Below are positions 58,033-64,000 of a stretch of DNA of 64,000 nt, one piece after another (positions within the stretch are counted from its first letter, which is position 1; every line of letters begins with the position of its first letter). The notes under the pieces were generated by a model. The model was given only the letters and a program-made list of their open reading frames with translations, was not told the DNA's origin and did no database searches. The translations under genes were made by a program, and so were the position numbers. Source of the stretch: Candidatus Micrarchaeia archaeon (GTDB lineage Archaea > Micrarchaeota > Micrarchaeia > Burarchaeales > Fermentimicrarchaeaceae); contig JAVZHX010000001.1 of assembly GCA_038871515.1 (NCBI GenBank), forward strand, positions 256,001-320,000, read 5' to 3'.

Positions 58033-58812
58033 ATGTTCCATAAAGCAAGCAGCAAGCTAAGAAAACTGGTTTCTGCAGTAAAGGAGAAAGCACCGCTTGT
58101 AGTTGCTCTTTCAGGTGGAGTGGACAGCAGCGTTGTTGCAAAAGCAGCCTTTCTTGCATCAAACAAATCAATTGCAGTCACAGTAATCAACCCAACGGTA
58201 TCCAAAAGGGAGATTGCGGATGCACGTAAAATTGCGAGAGCGATAGGGATGAAGCACAGGCTGATTAGAAGAAAACTGAGCGAAGAGGTGGGGAGAAATG
58301 ATGCGCTAAGATGCTATTACTGCAAAAAGGAAATTATAAAAATACTGAAAAGAGTTGCAAAGGAGGAAGGTATAGAAACAGTAGCAGATGGTTCAAATAA
58401 AGATGATTTGAGGGATTTCAGAGTGGGTTTGAAAGCATGCAAGGAAGAGGGAGTTTATTCACCGCTTCTTGCGCTTGGATTTGGGAAGAAGGATGTCAGG
58501 AAACTCGCAAGGGAGATGGGGTTGCCAAACTATGAAAAACCATCTGAGGCATGCCTCTCATCAAGAGTGATGAATCAAAGAATTAATGAAAAAGTTCTGC
58601 GGAAAATAGGGAAGGCGGAGCATTTTGTGCGGAAGCTAACCGGTGCGAGTATTGTGCGCGTGAGAGATTACGGAGATACTGCGAGAATAGAAGTTGATAA
58701 AGAGCATATTGACAGATTAATAAAAGCGAGCGGGAGGGTAAACAAAAAGTTGAATAAGTTAGGCTACAAATACGTAACTGTTGATTTGGGAGGTTATAGA
58801 GTTGGCGGTTGA
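58033..58812 (+). CDS. larE: Sulfur transferase LarE
   Basis: SGGVDS PP-loop, RCYYCK, DGSN, CLSSR, VRVR. Confidence 0.93.
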   Translation: MFHKASSKLRKLVSAVKEKAPLVVALSGGVDSSVVAKAAFLASNKSIAVTVINPTVSKREIADARKIARAIGMKHRLIRRKLSEEVGRNDALRCYYCKKEIIKILKRVAKEEGIETVADGSNKDDLRDFRVGLKACKEEGVYSPLLALGFGKKDVRKLAREMGLPNYEKPSEACLSSRVMNQRINEKVLRKIGKAEHFVRKLTGASIVRVRDYGDTARIEVDKEHIDRLIKASGRVNKKLNKLGYKYVTVDLGGYRVGG

Positions 58813-59545
58813 ATCAATACTAAAAAAGGTTAGGGAGGGGAAGATGAGCGTTAAAGAAGCTGGAAGAGTTATAAGGGCAGATAGCATCAGGAAGGTTGGG
58901 GGATTTGCCAGAATAGACATAGGGAGAGATGTGAGAGCAGGCATCCCAGAGGTGATACTTGCAGAAGGGAAAACGCCGGAGCAGGTTGTGAGGATAGTTG
59001 AAAGGTTAAAGGATAGAAATGTGCTCATCAGCAGAGTCAACGAAGAGCATTTGAAAATACTGAGGAAGAAGTTTAAAGGGTTGAGGTATAATAAATTTGC
59101 AAAAGCAGTTGCGATTGTGAAAAATAAAACAGAAAAAACTGGGAGAGTTGCTGTTATGACGGCTGGCACATCAGATATACCTGTGGCTGAGGAAGCTGCT
59201 TTTGTTGCTGAGATGATGGGGTGTGAGGTGGAGAGGGTTTATGATGTGGGTGTCGCAGGAGTGCATAGAGTTTTCGCACCTCTCAAAAAAATTGTGAAAA
59301 GCGGAGTTGATGTCATAGTGGTTGTTGCTGGGAGGGAGGGAACCTTGCCTTCAATTGTTGCTGGTTTAGTTGACATTCCAGTAATCGGTGTTCCAACTTC
59401 CTCAGGTTATGGTTATGGTGGGAAAGGGGAAGCTGCTCTGAAATCAATGCTGCAGAGCTGCAGTTTTCTCACAGTTGTCAACATAGATAATGGAGTGGGG
59501 GCTGGAGCATGCGCATCCCTTATAGCGAGGAGAGCAAATGATTAA
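58802..59545 (+). CDS. larB: NPN cofactor carboxylase/hydrolase LarB
   Basis: PEVILAEGKT, AGTSDIPVAEE, DVGVAGVHR, PTSSGYG, VVNIDNG; start uncertain. Confidence 0.95.
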   Translation: MAVESILKKVREGKMSVKEAGRVIRADSIRKVGGFARIDIGRDVRAGIPEVILAEGKTPEQVVRIVERLKDRNVLISRVNEEHLKILRKKFKGLRYNKFAKAVAIVKNKTEKTGRVAVMTAGTSDIPVAEEAAFVAEMMGCEVERVYDVGVAGVHRVFAPLKKIVKSGVDVIVVVAGREGTLPSIVAGLVDIPVIGVPTSSGYGYGGKGEAALKSMLQSCSFLTVVNIDNGVGAGACASLIARRAND

Positions 59546-60392
59546 GGAGTATTGGAAGCTCACAAGATTTGAGCACTCAATTATGCTTGCTGTTGCTGTT
59601 TTGATAGGCGAGGTTATAACGCGCCCTCTCCACAGCAAGGAGATTATTTTGACGCTTCTTCCCCCAATGCTTGTTGGAGCAGCAAGCTTTGCCGTGAATG
59701 ATTACTTTGATTTGAAAAGTGATAGAATAAACAGAAGAGCTGACAGACCGCTTGTTGCCGGGAAAATAAAACCAGTAAATGCACTCCTCCTCTCAATTAT
59801 TCTATTTATTCTGGGGACAGCGCTTTCAGCTTTCATCAACTTCAACTGCTTCCTCCTTGTCGCATCCTTTTCAATTCTCTCATTTCTTTACAGCTTCAAG
59901 CTGAAGGATGTTGCCCTCTTGGGCAATACATACATTGCTTTGACAATGGCAGTTCCATTCATCTACGGGGGGCTTGCGGTTGCAAACGAAATACCGCACT
60001 CAATTCTCCTGCTTAGCTCCATTGCTTTTGTAAGTGGGCTGGGGAGAGAAATTATGGGGACGGCTAGAGATGTGCGCGGTGATAGGAGGGGGAGAGGCTC
60101 AAAAACTCTTCCGGTGCTCATTGGAGTGAGAAATTCCCTTCTGCTGTCATCGTTATTCTATTTATTCGGCGTTCTGTTAAGCGTGATTCCTTACCTCTAT
60201 GTGGAGCCGTATAAAGAGAATGTTTTTTACATACTGCCAGTCTTTTTAGCTGATTTAATTTTATTGTATATTGTTTTTGGTTCTTTGAGAGAACCCTCAA
60301 GGGAGTTTATGCTGCTGAGCAGAAAGTTAAGTTTAGCTGCGATGGGAATTGCGCTTGCTGGGTTTCTGGCAGGCGCATTAATTGGTGGTTAG
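59538..60392 (+). CDS. UbiA prenyltransferase, probably DGGGP synthase
   Basis: NDYFDLKSDRINR..RPL, REI...RDVRGD. Confidence 0.88.
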   Translation: MIKEYWKLTRFEHSIMLAVAVLIGEVITRPLHSKEIILTLLPPMLVGAASFAVNDYFDLKSDRINRRADRPLVAGKIKPVNALLLSIILFILGTALSAFINFNCFLLVASFSILSFLYSFKLKDVALLGNTYIALTMAVPFIYGGLAVANEIPHSILLLSSIAFVSGLGREIMGTARDVRGDRRGRGSKTLPVLIGVRNSLLLSSLFYLFGVLLSVIPYLYVEPYKENVFYILPVFLADLILLYIVFGSLREPSREFMLLSRKLSLAAMGIALAGFLAGALIGG

Positions 60393-61286
60393 ATGGATGT
60401 TATTTTGAGAACAAATTTGGAGGGAGTAAAGCTTTACAAAAGAGGGAAGGTGAGGGATACGTATGAAGTTGGGGGGAACCTTCTCATGATTGCAACGGAC
60501 AGAATATCCGCTTTTGATGTTGTTCTCCCCAACGGAATTCCGTATAAGGGAGTGGTTCTCACTCAGCTTTCCCTTTTTTGGTTTGATTACACAAAAGAGA
60601 TTGTGCCGAACCATGTGATTACTGCTGACGTCTCAAAGTTTCCAAAAGAAGTTTCAAAATTCTCAGGTTTGTTAAAAGGAAGAAGCATGCTGATTAAAAA
60701 AGCGGAGCCGATACCTGCTGAGTTTGTTGTCAGAGGTTACCTTGCTGGCTCTGCGTGGAAGGAGTATAAGGAAAAGGGTGAGGTGTGCGGGGTTAAACTT
60801 CCGAAAGGTTTGAGGGAGTCGGATGAGCTACCGGAGCCGATTTTCACACCAGCAACAAAAGCAGATGTTGGGCATGACATCAATATAAGTGAGGAGGAGC
60901 TTGTGGGAATTATTGGAAGAGAGTTGGTTGATGAGTTGAAGGAGAAAAGCATAAGGGTGTATGAAAAGGCAAGCACCATTGCAAGAAAAAGAGGTATAAT
61001 AATCGCAGATACGAAGTTTGAGTTTGGAAGAATAGATGATGAAATTATGCTGATAGATGAGCTGCTCACACCCGATTCCTCCCGCTTCTGGCCAGCAGAT
61101 TCATATGAACCAGGAAAGCCACAGCAAAGCTTTGATAAGCAGTACGTGAGGGATTACTTGGAGTCAATAAAGTGGAATAAAAAACCCCCTGCCCCAATAC
61201 TCCCAAAAGAGGTTGTGGAGGGAACGAGCAGAAGGTATGTTGAAGCATATGAAATTATAACTGGCAAAAAATTTGAGGTGATGTGA
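60393..61286 (+). CDS. purC: SAICAR synthetase
   Basis: [29 protein letters not shown]. Confidence 0.97.
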   Translation: MDVILRTNLEGVKLYKRGKVRDTYEVGGNLLMIATDRISAFDVVLPNGIPYKGVVLTQLSLFWFDYTKEIVPNHVITADVSKFPKEVSKFSGLLKGRSMLIKKAEPIPAEFVVRGYLAGSAWKEYKEKGEVCGVKLPKGLRESDELPEPIFTPATKADVGHDINISEEELVGIIGRELVDELKEKSIRVYEKASTIARKRGIIIADTKFEFGRIDDEIMLIDELLTPDSSRFWPADSYEPGKPQQSFDKQYVRDYLESIKWNKKPPAPILPKEVVEGTSRRYVEAYEIITGKKFEVM

Positions 61287-61717
61287 TGGATGTTTTGGTA
61301 ATTGCTGGAAGCAGCAGCGATAAAAAAATAGCTGATGATGCGGTGGCAGTTCTGAATGAGTTTGGAGTGAGCTGTGAGTTTCATGTTGCTTCAGCTCACC
61401 GCAACCCAGCTGAAGTTGAAAGAATAGTGAAAAACAGCAATGCAAAAGTGATTATTGCAATTGCGGGTTTATCAGCAGCCCTTCCCGGTTTTATTGCTTC
61501 AAGAGTTACTGTTCCTGTGATTGGAGTTCCGGTAAATGTTAAACTTGATGGGCTTGATGCGCTTCTCAGCACAATGCAGATGCCAACAGGAGTGCCTGTT
61601 GCATGCGTTTCAATAGATAATGGAAAGAATGCAGCACTGCTGGCAGTTGAAATTCTTGCGCTGAGCAATGTAAAGTTAAAGGAAAAATTGGTGAAGTTCA
61701 GAGAGAGTCAAAAATAA
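61283..61717 (+). CDS. purE: N5-CAIR mutase / AIR carboxylase
   Basis: [29 protein letters not shown]. Confidence 0.96.
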   Translation: MMDVLVIAGSSSDKKIADDAVAVLNEFGVSCEFHVASAHRNPAEVERIVKNSNAKVIIAIAGLSAALPGFIASRVTVPVIGVPVNVKLDGLDALLSTMQMPTGVPVACVSIDNGKNAALLAVEILALSNVKLKEKLVKFRESQK

Positions 61718-62888
61718 GCTTAGCTATCTCTGATTTTTTTCCTTTTATTTTTTTAACAAATCCATCCGGCTTTAGCAAAAGAACTTCGTTGAACTCGCTT
61801 GCAAAACCAACTCCTCTTTTCCCAACATCGTTTGCGACAATCATATCCGCGTCTGCCTGCTTTAACTTTCTCAAAGCAGCTTCCCTCAACTCCCTCTCAG
61901 TTAAACCGCTCTCTGCTTTGAAAAGGATAAGCTTCACTTTTCTGTTAACTTTTTTCACCCTGTCACTTATCTTAACAGTTGGGCGGAGGGCAAGCTTAAA
62001 TGGCTTCAGCGAGCGTATCTTACCTCTTCTTCTGTCTGGCACAAAATCTGAGGGTGCTCCTGCAAGAACTACAATCTCGCTGTTTTTCAGGTTATTCATC
62101 ACTGCGTCATGCATTTCCTTTGTTGACTCAGCATAAATTCGTTTTATATAATTTGGAATTTCAACGTCAACATGCCCATGAACAAGCAACACATCCGCTC
62201 CTCTGAAGTACGCTTCCCTCGCTATCTCAACTCCCATCCTCCCGCTGCTTGGGTTTGAGATGAAGCGGGTGTCATCAATATACTCCCGAGTTGCACCAGC
62301 AGTTACAATTACTTTTTTTCCAGAAAGAGTTTTCTTGTACATCCTTCTTATTGCACAAGCAGTTATTTCATCAACATCTGCCATCTTCGCTTTTCCCTCA
62401 CTGAGCTTCGCTTCAACAAACTCAACCCCAAAAGACTTCAATTTTTTTATATTTTCTTTAACAGCTGGGTTTTCATATAGTGATAGATGCATTGCCGGTG
62501 CGATTATTATTGGTATTCCGCTTCCTAACGCTGTTGTCAGAACTGTTGTCACTGGCGTATCATCAATCCCATTTGCAAGCTTTCCTATCGTGTCTGCAGT
62601 TGCAGGAGCGAGGATCACAAGCTCAACTCCCTCTTTTCCACACAGCTTCAGATGCTCAGCTTTGCCTGTCAGTTTTGTTACAACTGGCTTGCCAGTAGCC
62701 CACTGCATAAGCTCCGGGCGTATTATTTTTGTTGCTGCGTCACTCATGACAGGAAAAACTTCCGCTCCATGCCTAATGAGCTTCCTCGCCAACTCCTGCG
62801 ATTTTACGGCAGCAACGCTACCGCAGATGCACAACGCAATTCTCTTTCCTTCAAGCTCCCTTCCCTCGCTTCCCTCTATCTCTCTCAT
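61698..62888 (-). CDS. coaBC: Phosphopantothenoylcysteine decarboxylase/ligase
   Basis: [42 protein letters not shown]. Confidence 0.96.
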   Translation of the reverse strand: MREIEGSEGRELEGKRIALCICGSVAAVKSQELARKLIRHGAEVFPVMSDAATKIIRPELMQWATGKPVVTKLTGKAEHLKLCGKEGVELVILAPATADTIGKLANGIDDTPVTTVLTTALGSGIPIIIAPAMHLSLYENPAVKENIKKLKSFGVEFVEAKLSEGKAKMADVDEITACAIRRMYKKTLSGKKVIVTAGATREYIDDTRFISNPSSGRMGVEIAREAYFRGADVLLVHGHVDVEIPNYIKRIYAESTKEMHDAVMNNLKNSEIVVLAGAPSDFVPDRRRGKIRSLKPFKLALRPTVKISDRVKKVNRKVKLILFKAESGLTERELREAALRKLKQADADMIVANDVGKRGVGFASEFNEVLLLKPDGFVKKIKGKKSEIAKLIFDSL

Positions 62889-62892
62889 CCCC

Positions 62893-64000
62893 TCATCTCT
62901 GCTTTCTCACAAGCTGAACAACGTTTAGAAATATCGCCAGAAGCAAGCACAGCACAAGGAATAAAGCAAGCTCAGTTGGGTATTTCTCAACTTTCTGAAC
63001 TTCCTCAGAGACACCTGTTTCCTCCTCAGGGCTTTCAAAAAGCTCCATTATTTTCACCGCATCCTCATCAAGCGAATCCGCATAGATTGCAAGGAGAACT
63101 GCTGATGACTGGCTTCCCCCTCTCTGCATGCTTACTTTATAAAGATACTCTGCATGGTTTCCATAAAGCGCAGCCCACAACCCCCTCCACTCCCTTTGTT
63201 TCAGTAGTTGGTCAGTTAACGAAGCATTCTCGCCCTCAACCATCTTTATTGCGCTTAACAAGTATTCTGAATCAAAAACTGCAGCAACAAATGAACCATT
63301 ATCAAACTCTGTTTTTGCAGCTTCAAAACGCCAGCCAGCATCGCCAAAATCGCTCCCTCCATATGATTCAAGCTTCTGCGCAGCTTCCTTTATTTTACCA
63401 GATGCAAATCCCTTCAGCTTGCTTTCATTCACAGGTGTCCCACCAATTCTATATGCAACAGCAAACATTTCATGCGAGGCATTGCACCAGCTTTCTGCAG
63501 TTAAAAGTTCTTTAAAAATGAAAAGAAGCGACTCATCATCAGTCAGGTTGCTCACAACCACCTCCCCAAGCTTCTTCTTTGCCCATGCAAGCCTCTCCTC
63601 CCCTCCAGCAACCCACTCAAAATTCTCATAAGTCATTTTTGGTTTAACTGCAGTTTGAATGCATTCTTCAACTTCTTTAACGCGTGCTTTCAACCCACCT
63701 GCCGTTATATCGCTTTCCTTAAGAAAATTCAGATTTATCCCTGCAAGAAAAGCCGAGTTTGCTCCAGCGTAAATGAAATTCGCATTCTCCGCTTCCTCCG
63801 CTCCCTCCAAATCGCTTTCTATCGCAGTTAAAAAGTAGGAAAACTCAGTTCTATTCTGTTTCCTAACCTCCTCAAGCGCGCTCCTGCCGTAGTTTATTAT
63901 TCTTCTTGCAAGCTTCTGAAACTCCTCAAGGTTGCAGTTGGAACAAGAGACACTAGTTGGAGTTAGGTTCACCCTCTCCTTTGGTTTTACCTCCATAACA
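62893..64000 (-). CDS. C-terminal helical region with membrane anchor, probably of a secreted S16/Lon-like serine protease (5' end likely outside window)
   Basis: Frame stays open to the window edge; helical repeats (YAGANSAF) and C-terminal TM; catalytic domain not visible. Confidence 0.5.
   Translation of the reverse strand, partial: VMEVKPKERVNLTPTSVSCSNCNLEEFQKLARRIINYGRSALEEVRKQNRTEFSYFLTAIESDLEGAEEAENANFIYAGANSAFLAGINLNFLKESDITAGGLKARVKEVEECIQTAVKPKMTYENFEWVAGGEERLAWAKKKLGEVVVSNLTDDESLLFIFKELLTAESWCNASHEMFAVAYRIGGTPVNESKLKGFASGKIKEAAQKLESYGGSDFGDAGWRFEAAKTEFDNGSFVAAVFDSEYLLSAIKMVEGENASLTDQLLKQREWRGLWAALYGNHAEYLYKVSMQRGGSQSSAVLLAIYADSLDEDAVKIMELFESPEEETGVSEEVQKVEKYPTELALFLVLCLLLAIFLNVVQLVRKQR

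Overview
Archaeal chromosomal window. The compact, tightly packed genes, archaeal 16S signatures and non-canonical tRNA introns suggest a DPANN archaeon, probably Micrarchaeota-like (inference). The first 5 kb hold a minus-strand rRNA operon (16S - tRNA-Ala - 5' end of 23S) that is heavily fragmented. By hand I resolve ten bulge-helix-bulge (BHB/BHL) introns in the 16S gene (2265 nt in total; the spliced product is about 1494 nt), a T-loop intron in tRNA-Ala and an ORF-bearing insertion near the 23S 5' end. Three 16S introns encode proteins. One is an intact LAGLIDADG enzyme whose stop codon only forms when the excised intron circularises. One is a degenerate LAGLIDADG protein whose circular ORF would be longer than the circle. 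One is a non-LAGLIDADG HTH + PD-(D/E)XK nuclease. Micro-exons of 5-16 nt in 16S and tRNA-Gly(CCC) imply ordered splicing. The rest is mostly housekeeping: purA/C/E, elp3, gatDE, rad50, herA/nurA, lonB, csl4-rpoL, a PCNA-priL-priS-GINS-L44e-S27e-aIF2a-nop10-PAC2 operon, speB/dhs, larBCE and coaBC. Small accessory inserts include an AAA+/wHTH ATPase flanked by palindromes and an elp3 remnant, three tandem methyltransferase paralogues and a LigD-like primase-polymerase.
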